This document shows positions 55,001 to 61,014 of a stretch of 64,000 nucleotides of DNA, one piece after another. The notes beneath the pieces were generated by a model, which ran no database searches, had not been told where the DNA came from, and saw only the letters and a program-made list of their open reading frames with translations. The stretch comes from Rhizobacter sp. (GTDB lineage: Bacteria; Pseudomonadota; Gammaproteobacteria; Burkholderiales; Burkholderiaceae_C), in assembly GCA_021153565.1 (NCBI GenBank), contig JAJKJU010000176.1, positions 1,128-65,127 of the forward strand. The letters are read 5' to 3'. Positions within the stretch are counted from its first letter, which is position 1. Every line of letters begins with the position of its first letter. The position numbers were made by a program, and so were the translations under genes.

Positions 55001-58000
55001 GGGCCAGCGCCTGTACCGGACCGGCGACATCGTGCGCTGGCGGCCCGATGGCCTGCTGGAGTTCGTGGGCCGCGTGGACGACCAGGTCAAGGTGCGCGGC
55101 TTCCGCATCGAGCTGGGCGAGATCGAGAGCGCGCTGCAGGCCCACCCGGACCTCAGGAGCGCCGTGGTCGCCACCGAGGCCGCGCAGGGCTCCGACAGCA
55201 AGCGCCTGGTGGCCTACATCTGCCCGAACGAGGACTACCTCGAGCGCGCCGCGCAGACGCTGCGGCCCGACAGCCTGGAGCGCTGGAACGAGCTGTTCGA
55301 GGACGAGTACGCCCGCGGCCGGCACGACGATGCCGCGCCGGGCGACCTGAACCTGGTGGGCTGGAACAGCAGCTACACCGGCGAGGCGATCCCCCAGGCG
55401 CAGATGGAGGAATGGGTCGACGGCGCGGTGCAGCGCATCCGGGCGCTGCGGCCGCGCCGCGTGCTGGAGATCGGTTGCGGCTCCGGCCTGCTGCTGCTGC
55501 GCTACGCCGGCGAGTGCGAATCGGTGCATGCGAGCGACATCTCCGCCGCGGCCCTGGCCGGCGTGCAGCGCGAGCTGAGCCGCCGGCGGTGGGATCACGT
55601 CAGCCTGTCGCAAGGCGACGCGCTGGACTTCTCGGCGCTCGCGGGCCGCACCTTCGACACGGTGGTCATCAACTCGGTCGTGCAGTACTACCCGAGCCGG
55701 GCCTACCTGGAGCAGGCGCTGCAGGGGCTGTGGCCCTATATCGAGGAAGGTGGCCGCATCTTCATTGGCGACGTGCGCAACGCCGACCTGATGTCGGCCC
55801 ACTTGTGCGCGGTGGAGCGCAGTCGCATGGTGGGCGGGGTGCCCGCCGCCACGCTGGCCGGCCGCCTGTACCGCCGCCGCATGCAGGAGGGCGAGCTGCT
55901 CGTCAGCCCGAGCTTCTTCATGCACCTGGCGCGGCGGCTTGCCGGCGCCGGCCGCACGGACATCCTGCTCAAGCGTGGCCTCGGCGACAACGAGATGCTG
56001 AGCTACCGCTATGACGTGGTGCTCGCCAAGGGCGCGGCGCAGCCGGCCCCGGCACTGGCCTGGTTGCCGGCGTCTTCGCCCGACGACGTGCGCCAGCTGC
56101 TGGAGCGCGGCGCCCCCGAGCGCTTTGGCGTGCATGGGCTGCGCAACCCCCGCATCCGCGAGGACGTGGCGGCCGCCGACGTGCCGGGCCGCGCACCGGC
56201 GGGCCAACGGGTCGATCCGCTGGGGCCCAGCCGCTGGTCCGAACAGGCCAGGCAGGAGGTCGAGGCCTTCGACGCGCTGATCGAGCATGCCGCGGCCCGA
56301 GGCTACCGCTGCGAAGCCACCTGGTCGCAGGACGTTCCCGATGGCGTGGACCTGCTCTTCGGCCGCAGCGAGCTGCCCGCCGTGCAGGCGCGCAGCCCCT
56401 ATGCCCAGACCTACTGGACCAACCACCCGCAGATCGCCCGGCTGGGCCAGGAGTTGTCGCGTGGCGTGAAGCAGCACCTGTCGCGCACGCTGGCCGAATA
56501 CATGGTGCCCAACATCTTCGTGGTGCTGGAGGCACTGCCGCTGACGCCCAACGGCAAGGTCGACAAGCGCGCCTTGCCGGCGCCTGAGGAGGAGGACGTG
56601 CAGAAGGAGGCCTATGCCGCACCGCGCAACGGCGAGGAACAGGCGCTGTGCCGCATGCTGCAGGAGATCCTCGGCCTGCAGCGCGTGGGCATCCGCGACG
56701 ACTTCTTCGAACTCGGCGGCCACTCGCTGCTGGCCACGCGGCTGACCGCCCGGGTCCGGCAGGAGCTGGGCAAGGATTTGCCGCTCAAGGCCGTCTTCGA
56801 CGGCCGCACGGTGGAGCGCATCGCGGCCCTGGTGCAGCAAGAGAAGGCCGAGGCGCAGACGGTGCTGCCGCGCCGCGTGGCCGCGGACTCGGGGGCGCTC
56901 GCCCCGATCTCCTTCTACCAGGAAGAGGATCTGTGGTTCCTGCGTCGGCGCCCGCACCTGGCGCTGGGCCACGACAACGTGCAGCTGGTGTTCCGCCTCA
57001 TCGGCGAGCTGGACCTCGACGCTTATGCGCGCAGCTGCCAGTTGCTGGTCGAGCGTCATGGCGTGCTGCGCACGAGCTTCGTCGAGAAGGACGGCGTGGC
57101 GTGGCAGAAAGTGAATCCGGCCGAGGGCTTTCAGGCGGGCATCGAGAGGATGCCCGACGAGAATGCGCTGGAGGAGTTCCTCAAGGCCGAGAAGGCGCGG
57201 CCATTCGAGCCGGCCGGGCCCTTCACCGTGCGCATCCACCTGTTGGTGTTCTCGGATCTGGAGCGCGTGGTGGTCGTGACGCGGCCTTGGGGCATCTTCG
57301 ATGGCTACTCGACGCCCGTCGTGCTTTTTCCCGACCTGTCCGCGATCTACGCGGCCATCAGTCTCGGGCGGGTGCCGCAGCTGCCGCCGCCGCCCCTGCA
57401 GTACGTGGACTTCGCGCACTGGCAACGCGAAACCTTCACGCCCGAGGTGCTGCAGCCCAAGATCGACTACTGGACGCAGCGGCTGGCTGGCGCGCCGCGC
57501 GACCTGCGGTTGAAGACCGACTACCGCCGGCCGTTGGTGCTCTCCGGCAAGGGCGCGGCGGTGCATTTCCTGGTCCCGCCCAAGTTCATCAAGAAGCTCA
57601 AGGACTTCGGCCGGCAGCATGACTTCTCGCTGTACGTGGTGATGCTGTCGGCCTACGCCATCTTGCTGGCCGACTACACCGACGAGACCGACATGCTGAT
57701 CGGCTCGCCGATCAGCAACCGGTCGCGGCCGGAGCTCGAGCAGATGATGGGCCATTTCGTCAACGTGCTGGTCATGCGCGCCGACGTATCGCAAGGGCAG
57801 CGCTACATCGACGTGCTGTCGCGCATGAAGGTGACGGCGCAGGAAGGGCTCAACCACGCCGACGTGCCGCTGCGCTGCGTGGTGCAGAGCCTGTCGCTGC
57901 CCACGCTGCCGGGCCAGGCCTCGTTGTTCCACGTGATGTTCAACCTGGTGACGCTGCCGGAGGACTTCTCCAACCGCTACAACAACCAGGCCATCGTGCA

Positions 58001-58244
58001 CTACCGGCCGGAGTCCGAGACGGCCAAGCTGGACCTCAACATGGCCATGCAGGACACCAACATGGGCCTGGCCGCCTCCATCGAGTACAGCATCGACCTG
58101 TTCGCCAGGACGACCATCGAAAAAATGGCGGCCCGCTACCGACAGGTGCTGGCCGACATGGTCGCCAACCCGCTGGCCCTGCTGTCCGAGCGCTCGGACC
58201 TTGCCGTCGCCCTGGAGGAGGGCGATGAAAAGCCGGCGGCCTGA
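49047..58244 (+). CDS. NRPS: C-A(Thr)-PCP-C-A(unassigned, interrupted by N-methyltransferase-type domain)-PCP-C-like (degenerate active site)
   Basis: Three in-frame ATGs at 49047, 49053 and 49059 follow GGGGAAG; the first was taken as the start. HHSVSDGWS (49587-49592). PCP GGHS Ser 52239-52241. HHLIEDASS (52902-52907). FTSGSTGRPKG. VLEIGCGSG. PCP GGHS Ser 56724-56726. The terminal C-like domain reads RPWGIFDG. Stop TGA at 58242-58244. Confidence 0.9.
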   Translation: MNMNMTQQDIQAVLARIRSLPPKQQQALVRMLKQQGVDISSAQAIGRRPASQEPAPLSFAQQRLWFLAQLEGHSAHYNIPMALRLAGRLDRPALVHALSAIVERHEALRPRFVEVDGVPYQRTEPAVNFAVQEETLPEGTDLRALCEDEALRPFDLGAGSLVRMRLVACGPEEHVLLVTMHHSVSDGWSLGVFFRELVSLYGAFSRGEPSPLQPLPIQYADYAHWQREWLSGQVQERQIEYWKQKLAGVDPQLMLPTDRPRPPVKTYTGAHEPLQCSAALLEGLKALGRAHESTLYMTLLSVWAVLLHRYSRQTDIAIGTPLANRNRPEVENLIGFFVNTQVMRADLDGQPSFAQLLARMKRTALEAYGHQDVPFEAVVDALQLERSLSHSPVFHVMFALQEAQAERSHRLADLEVSFVDFDYKITKFDLTLDLRETPDGLAGSIEYNCDLFDRATVQRMIRHYVALLEAVVAEPQAPVSRLVWLGPQEREQVVRTWNPCADHAPAQGMHELFEAQVARTPDAVAVSCDGAQLSYAELNRRANRVAHALRGLGVKPDTLVALCVERSLEMVVGLLGIVKAGGAYVPVDPAYPAQRIRYILEDSGAGLLLTQAALAPRLPLATQRVVLLDGTGQGGEDLLAGQPETDIPVAESGLRPSNLLYVIYTSGSTGHPKGVLVQHDNVARLFHATEATFRFGASDTWTLFHSFSFDFSVWELWGALLHGGRLVVVPKTVAQSPSEFYRLLVDESVTVLNQTPSAFEQLVAVDQAERGRLSLRTVVFGGEALNPAILAPWFERHGESIDMVNMSGITETTVHVTCKLLSAGDAAGQRSIVGRKLPDLRLYVLAEHMEPLPVGVTGEMYVGGAGVARGYLNRPELTAQRFVDDPFAAQPGERLYRTGDLARWLPDGNLEFIGRADHQVKIRGFRIETGEIESQLAQSPQVQSCVVLVREDRPGQKQLVAYVVPREPLQDDLHQALGRHLRERLPDYMVPTAFVVMQAFPLTSNGKLDRSALPAPDKTAYAADEYVTPATEAERVLATLWAELLGFEPGRISARDNFFALGGHSLLITVLVARLKEKGYDATVRSVFGSDTLADLASQIEQGASSEAYVVPPHRVPAGCERLTPDMLTLVTLDQRELDAVAGTVPDGAANVQDIYPLVPSQQGILFHHLIDPDNDPYIIPVLLAADGPVACDAFVNALRRLLARHDVMRTAVVTSGLLEPVQVVYRQAELPIEHLVLEPGRDAMAQAQALLERPRRMPLDRAPLLQLTIAADPASQRRFILLNVHHLIEDASSLRLIFAELRASMAGRLEQIGPVPVPYRDFVAHTLHQVRTNDAEGFFRRRLAEVSEPTIPFRLANVHGDGRTIRDLRRSLPAALDASIRRQAQRLRISPASLFHAAWSLVVAGASGRDDVVFGTVLSGRLQGVPGVERMLGNFINTLPLRVVLKDRSALQLVLDTDAALKELIEYEQSSLIMAQRCSGLGSDVPLFTSMINVRHFEGGEGEPLQESGVRVLGSVDRTNYPLGVSVDDLGTAFSVNVQVDEAVSTETVTGSFQAALQGLADALQEGRAEALPALSIDVVPADERRRQLVDWNRTDTPYPADQVLPGLFDEQVLRSPDAIALVFGTQQLSYAQLNARANKVAHFLHEAGVRPDTVVGLCMERSVDMVAGLLGILKAGGAYLPIDPAYPRERIAGMLQDSGISLLLSQTRVALTLPDFDGEVIHLDAGVRASDGAKVLVNQPGHDLPREHVGLQPHHLAYVIFTSGSTGRPKGVMVEQRGVVRLVRNPDYCPSGAHTVMLQHSSISFDVGSQEVLGPLLNGGRLVLHQGETKDIVQLLDHVERHEVNMMCLSAAFLPAFVQEAAHRRLPLQCLCVGGEAFSARDVLALYERHPGLSVVNGYGPTENSIASTCHVIPQDIAPDAPIPIGRPIAQSTAYVVNRRMRLLPCGAVGELCVGGVGVARGYLGHPELTRERFVPSPFEGSEGQRLYRTGDIVRWRPDGLLEFVGRVDDQVKVRGFRIELGEIESALQAHPDLRSAVVATEAAQGSDSKRLVAYICPNEDYLERAAQTLRPDSLERWNELFEDEYARGRHDDAAPGDLNLVGWNSSYTGEAIPQAQMEEWVDGAVQRIRALRPRRVLEIGCGSGLLLLRYAGECESVHASDISAAALAGVQRELSRRRWDHVSLSQGDALDFSALAGRTFDTVVINSVVQYYPSRAYLEQALQGLWPYIEEGGRIFIGDVRNADLMSAHLCAVERSRMVGGVPAATLAGRLYRRRMQEGELLVSPSFFMHLARRLAGAGRTDILLKRGLGDNEMLSYRYDVVLAKGAAQPAPALAWLPASSPDDVRQLLERGAPERFGVHGLRNPRIREDVAAADVPGRAPAGQRVDPLGPSRWSEQARQEVEAFDALIEHAAARGYRCEATWSQDVPDGVDLLFGRSELPAVQARSPYAQTYWTNHPQIARLGQELSRGVKQHLSRTLAEYMVPNIFVVLEALPLTPNGKVDKRALPAPEEEDVQKEAYAAPRNGEEQALCRMLQEILGLQRVGIRDDFFELGGHSLLATRLTARVRQELGKDLPLKAVFDGRTVERIAALVQQEKAEAQTVLPRRVAADSGALAPISFYQEEDLWFLRRRPHLALGHDNVQLVFRLIGELDLDAYARSCQLLVERHGVLRTSFVEKDGVAWQKVNPAEGFQAGIERMPDENALEEFLKAEKARPFEPAGPFTVRIHLLVFSDLERVVVVTRPWGIFDGYSTPVVLFPDLSAIYAAISLGRVPQLPPPPLQYVDFAHWQRETFTPEVLQPKIDYWTQRLAGAPRDLRLKTDYRRPLVLSGKGAAVHFLVPPKFIKKLKDFGRQHDFSLYVVMLSAYAILLADYTDETDMLIGSPISNRSRPELEQMMGHFVNVLVMRADVSQGQRYIDVLSRMKVTAQEGLNHADVPLRCVVQSLSLPTLPGQASLFHVMFNLVTLPEDFSNRYNNQAIVHYRPESETAKLDLNMAMQDTNMGLAASIEYSIDLFARTTIEKMAARYRQVLADMVANPLALLSERSDLAVALEEGDEKPAA
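50568..52095 (+). other. adenylation domain, code D-F-W-N-V-G-M-V-H (Thr-type)
   Basis: Read from FDFSVWELW, TVLNQTPSAF, VVFGGEAL and NMSGITETTVHVT. Confidence 0.7.
53850..56580 (+). other. adenylation domain of unassigned specificity (hand code D-V-Q-C-C-G-G-I-A), interrupted by a methyltransferase
   Basis: Read from SFDVGSQEVL, NMMCLSAAFL, LCVGGEAF and NGYGPTENSIAST. The A10 motif LTPNGKVDKRAL lies at ~56550. Confidence 0.6.
55225..56480 (+). other. NRPS N-methyltransferase-type domain inserted in the adenylation domain
   Basis: GWNSSYTGEAIP, VLEIGCGSGLLLL (~55461-55500) and NEMLSYRYDVVL correspond to the classical NRPS N-MT signature motifs. Confidence 0.7.
56900..58190 (+). other. C-terminal condensation-like domain with degenerate HHxxxDG (reads PWGIFDG)
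   Basis: VVVTRPWGIFDGYS: a Pro codon (57285-57287) and a Trp codon (57288-57290) occupy the two His positions. The rest looks like a C-domain fold (YVDFAHWQRE, IDYWTQRLAG, MGHFVNVLVMR). Confidence 0.7.
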
Positions 58245-58290
58245 GAGGCCATTGCAACGACACAACACCCGGAAAGACACGACTTATTAT

Positions 58291-58536
58291 ATGCAACAGG
58301 AAGACATCACGAAACTGCTGGCCGCCGCCATCCTGGAGCTGCGGCCCTCGCTGGAGGGACGGCCCCTTGGCCCCAGCGATTCGCTGGAGGCGCTCGGCCT
58401 GGACTAGATGGAGCGCGCCGACATCGTCATGCTCGTGCTCGAGCACATGAACCTTCGGATCCCGCTGGTCCAGACCTTCGGCCCCCGCAACATCGGCGAA
58501 CTCGCGAGGCTGCTGAGTGAGAAATCCGCCGCCTGA
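58291..58536 (+). pseudogene. free-standing donor acyl carrier protein of the beta-branching cassette (AcpK / CurB / mupirocin donor-ACP type), interrupted by an in-frame TAG at the Ser attachment codon
   Basis: ATG 58291 ...SDSLEALGLD, then TAG (58405-58407), then MERADIVMLVLEHMNLRIPLVQTFGPRNIGELARLLSEKSAA, then TGA (58534-58536). Everything is in one frame and totals 81 codons plus the stop. The stop falls where the G(L/A)DS Ser belongs. The layout resembles Bacillus AcpK as I recall it (...LGADSVDRAEIITMVLEDLSLKIP...NIGELAEVL). Confidence 0.8.
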
Positions 58537-59731
58537 ATTGCTGGTGACCGGGATGGGCGTGGCCACGGCCGTAGGCGTGGGCCTGCCCGCCTTCGAGCAG
58601 GCGCTGTTCGAGGGCGCGCATCGCTTTGCCGTGATGCGGCGCCCGGGTCGCCAGCGCGACACCGCCTTCATCGGCGCCGAGATCGCTTCGGTCCCGAGCA
58701 GCGGCCGGCTGCCTGCCCATGTGCTGCGCACCGCCTCGCTGAGCTCTCGGGTGGCGCTGGCCACGCTGGAGCAGGCGTGGCAGGAGGCTGCGCTGGACGA
58801 CACGGACCCGCAACGCGTGGGCCTGGTCGTGGGCGGCAGCAACCTGCAGCAGCGCGAACTCGTCCTGCTGCAAGAGCGCCACCGCGACGCGCCCGGCTTC
58901 ATGCCGCCCAGCTATGCGATGACCTTCCTGGACAGCGACGTCTGCGGCCTGTGCACACAGGCCTTCGGCATCCGCGGCTTTGCGCATGCCTGCGGCGGCG
59001 CTTCCGCGGCGGGACAGCTGGCGATCATCGAGGCCGCGGAGGCGGTGACTGCCGGCCGGGTGGATGCGTGCGTCGCCCTCGGCCCGATGATGGACCTGTC
59101 GTATTGGGAATGCTTGGCCCTGCAGTCCAGCGGCGCGATGGTGTGCGACGGCGCGCAGGACCCTGGCGGCGCCTACCGACCCTTCGACCGCCGGCATGCC
59201 GGCTTCGTCTACGGCGAGGCCTGCGCAGCCCTGGTCGTCGAGCGCGCCGGGGCGCGGCGGCTGCCGGCGGCCGCTCATGGGCGCATCGCCGGCTGGGCCG
59301 TGCAAATGGACGCCAACCGCAATCCCAATCCTTCGGTGGAAGGCGAGGCCCAGGCCGTTGCCGCCGCGCTGGCCCATGCGGGCTGGCAGCCGAAGGACGT
59401 GGACTACGTGAACCCGCACGGCACCGGCTCGCCGCTGGGCGACACCACCGAGCTGAAGGCGCTGCGCGCCTGCGGTCTCGCGCACGCGGCGATCAACGCC
59501 ACCAAGTCCATCACCGGCCACGGCCTCGCGGCCGCGGGCGCGGTGGAGGCGGTGGCGACGCTGGTGCAGATGAAGCGGGGGTGGCTCCATCCCACCCGCA
59601 ACCTCCGCGAGCCGCTGGATCCGGACTTCGGATGGGTGGCCGACACGTCCCGCGAGATGCACATCGGACGCAGTCTCAGCCTCAGCATGGGCTTCGGCGG
59701 CATGAACACTGCCCTGTGCCTGACCCAATGA
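58517..59731 (+). CDS. decarboxylating ketosynthase of the HMGS cassette (KS with active-site Cys replaced by Ser; PksF/CurC/MupG type)
   Basis: The GTG 58517 start must lie upstream of the conserved LLVTGMGVATAVG. The active-site region reads ACGGASAAGQ, and Ser 59003-59005 aligns by hand with the FabF catalytic Cys. Both His motifs are kept (NPHGTGS, SITGHGL). It sits immediately upstream of the HMGS. Confidence 0.85.
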   Translation: MRNPPPELLVTGMGVATAVGVGLPAFEQALFEGAHRFAVMRRPGRQRDTAFIGAEIASVPSSGRLPAHVLRTASLSSRVALATLEQAWQEAALDDTDPQRVGLVVGGSNLQQRELVLLQERHRDAPGFMPPSYAMTFLDSDVCGLCTQAFGIRGFAHACGGASAAGQLAIIEAAEAVTAGRVDACVALGPMMDLSYWECLALQSSGAMVCDGAQDPGGAYRPFDRRHAGFVYGEACAALVVERAGARRLPAAAHGRIAGWAVQMDANRNPNPSVEGEAQAVAAALAHAGWQPKDVDYVNPHGTGSPLGDTTELKALRACGLAHAAINATKSITGHGLAAAGAVEAVATLVQMKRGWLHPTRNLREPLDPDFGWVADTSREMHIGRSLSLSMGFGGMNTALCLTQ

Positions 59732-59738
59732 ATCCAAC

Positions 59739-59744
59739 AAGGAG
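59739..59744 (+). promoter_or_regulatory. Shine-Dalgarno-like site for the HMGS gene
   Basis: AAGGAG lies 7 nt upstream of ATG 59752. Confidence 0.65.
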
Positions 59745-59751
59745 AACCCCC

Positions 59752-61014
59752 ATGCCCCCCGTCGGTATCGAGGCAATGAACGTGTTCGGCGGCTGCGCAG
59801 TCGCGGACGTGATGGAACTGGCCCGCCACAGGCAGCTGGAACCGTCCAGGTTCGAGAACCTGCTGATGAAGGAGAAGACGGTCGCATTTCCGTTCGAGGA
59901 CCCGGTGACCTTCGCGGTCAACGCCGCCAAGCCGATCGTCGACGCGCTCTCGCCGCAGGAGCGCGACCGCATCGAACTGCTGATCACCTGCACCGAATCG
60001 GCCTTCGACTTCTCCAAGTCGCTCAGCACTTACCTGCACGACCAGCTGGGGCTGAACCGCAACTGCCGCATGTTCGAGTTGAAGCAGGCCTGCTATGCGG
60101 GCACCGCGGGCCTGCAGATGGCGGCGAACTTCATCCTCGCCGGCACCTCGCCCGGCGCCAAGGCGCTGGTGGTGGCCACCGACATCTCTCGCTTCGTCAT
60201 CGAGGAGGGTGGCGACCGGTTGTCCGCCGACTGGTCGTACGCCGAGCCCAGCGGCGGGGCCGGCGCGGTGGCCATGCTGGTCAGTGACCAGCCCACGGTG
60301 TTCCAGCTCGACGTGGGCGCCAGCGGCTACCACGGCTACGAGGTGATGGACACCTGCCGGCCGGGGGCGGACACCGAGGCCGGCGATGCCGACCTGTCGT
60401 TGCTGTCCTACCTCGACTGCCATGAGCAGTCCTTCGCCGAGTACTGCCGCCGTGTCGAGGGCGTGAACTATCGCAAGACCTTCCAGTACCTCGCGTTCCA
60501 CACGCCCTTCGGCGGCATGGTGCGAGGCGCGCACCGCTCGATGATGCGCAAGGCCGGCAACGCCACGCCGGGCGAGATCGCCGACGACTTCGAGGTGCGC
60601 GTGCGGCCGGGGCTCGCCTACTGCCAGCGGGTGGGCAACATCATGGGAGCGACCGTGTTCCTCTCGCTGGCCAGCACGGTGTGCAACGGCGACTTCAACC
60701 GCCCGGCGCGCATCGGCTGCTTCTCGTACGGGTCAGGCTGCTGCGCGGAGTTCTACAGCGGCGTGGTCACAGCCGAGGGCGCCGCACGCCTGAAGGCGAT
60801 GGACATTGCCGGCCACCTGGACCGCCGCTACCGCCTGCCGATGGACGAGTACGAGCGCCTGCTCGACGACAGCAGCCTGGTGCGTTTGGGCACCCGCAAC
60901 CAGTCCTTCGACCTGGCGGCGGCGAGCCGCATCGTGCAGGCCGCTGGTGGCACGCCGAGGCTGGTGCTGAAGGCCATCCGGGAGTTCCACCGGGAGTACG
61001 AGTGGGTGCAGTGA
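59752..61014 (+). CDS. HMG-CoA-synthase homologue for polyketide beta-branching (PksG/CurD/MupH type)
   Basis: AAGGAG (59739-59744) lies 7 nt before ATG 59752. The N-terminus MPPVGIEAMNVFGG...FENLLMKEKTVAFPFEDPVTFAVNAAKPI...IELLITCTES and the catalytic-Cys context ELKQACYAGT (Cys 60091-60093) are typical of PKS-associated HMGS. The track start at 58777 is an artefactual extension. Confidence 0.9.
   Translation: MPPVGIEAMNVFGGCAVADVMELARHRQLEPSRFENLLMKEKTVAFPFEDPVTFAVNAAKPIVDALSPQERDRIELLITCTESAFDFSKSLSTYLHDQLGLNRNCRMFELKQACYAGTAGLQMAANFILAGTSPGAKALVVATDISRFVIEEGGDRLSADWSYAEPSGGAGAVAMLVSDQPTVFQLDVGASGYHGYEVMDTCRPGADTEAGDADLSLLSYLDCHEQSFAEYCRRVEGVNYRKTFQYLAFHTPFGGMVRGAHRSMMRKAGNATPGEIADDFEVRVRPGLAYCQRVGNIMGATVFLSLASTVCNGDFNRPARIGCFSYGSGCCAEFYSGVVTAEGAARLKAMDIAGHLDRRYRLPMDEYERLLDDSSLVRLGTRNQSFDLAAASRIVQAAGGTPRLVLKAIREFHREYEWVQ

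Noticed and set aside
1-58244. Search for in-line (cis) acyltransferase, enoyl reductase, heterocyclisation (DxxxxD) or epimerisation domains in the megasynthases.
   Set aside because: No GQGSQ plus GHSxG pair, no ER NADPH motif and no Cy motif were seen. The C domains beginning NVQDIYPL...LFHHL (44866, 52498) are not followed by or fused to an E domain. I did not call them dual E/C because the N-terminal HH[IL]xxxxGD motif is not present as such.
1136-58280. Very long minus-strand ORFs in the track (1136-8200, 8197-11073, 18301-25065, 33897-41273, 42554-48577, 48816-53987, 54144-58280, 61936-63981 and others).
   Set aside because: They lie antisense to plus-strand frames that carry dense, ordered PKS/NRPS catalytic motifs. 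Their translations are low-complexity Arg/Ala/Gly/His/Gln-rich strings with no recognisable motifs. Stop-poor antisense frames are expected in DNA this GC-rich.
58252-58290. Promoter-like hexamers TTGCAA (58252-58257) and TATTAT (58285-58290) in the less GC-rich gap before the donor ACP gene.
   Set aside because: The spacing is 27 nt, far from the sigma-70 optimum of about 17. The -10-like box directly abuts the ATG, leaving no room for a leader or SD.
58405-58407. TAG as a programmed recoding event (pyrrolysine or suppressor read-through) rather than a stop.
   Set aside because: No Pyl machinery, PYLIS-like context or suppressor tRNA is visible in the window. The position requires Ser specifically for phosphopantetheinylation, so read-through with any other residue would still give an inactive carrier.
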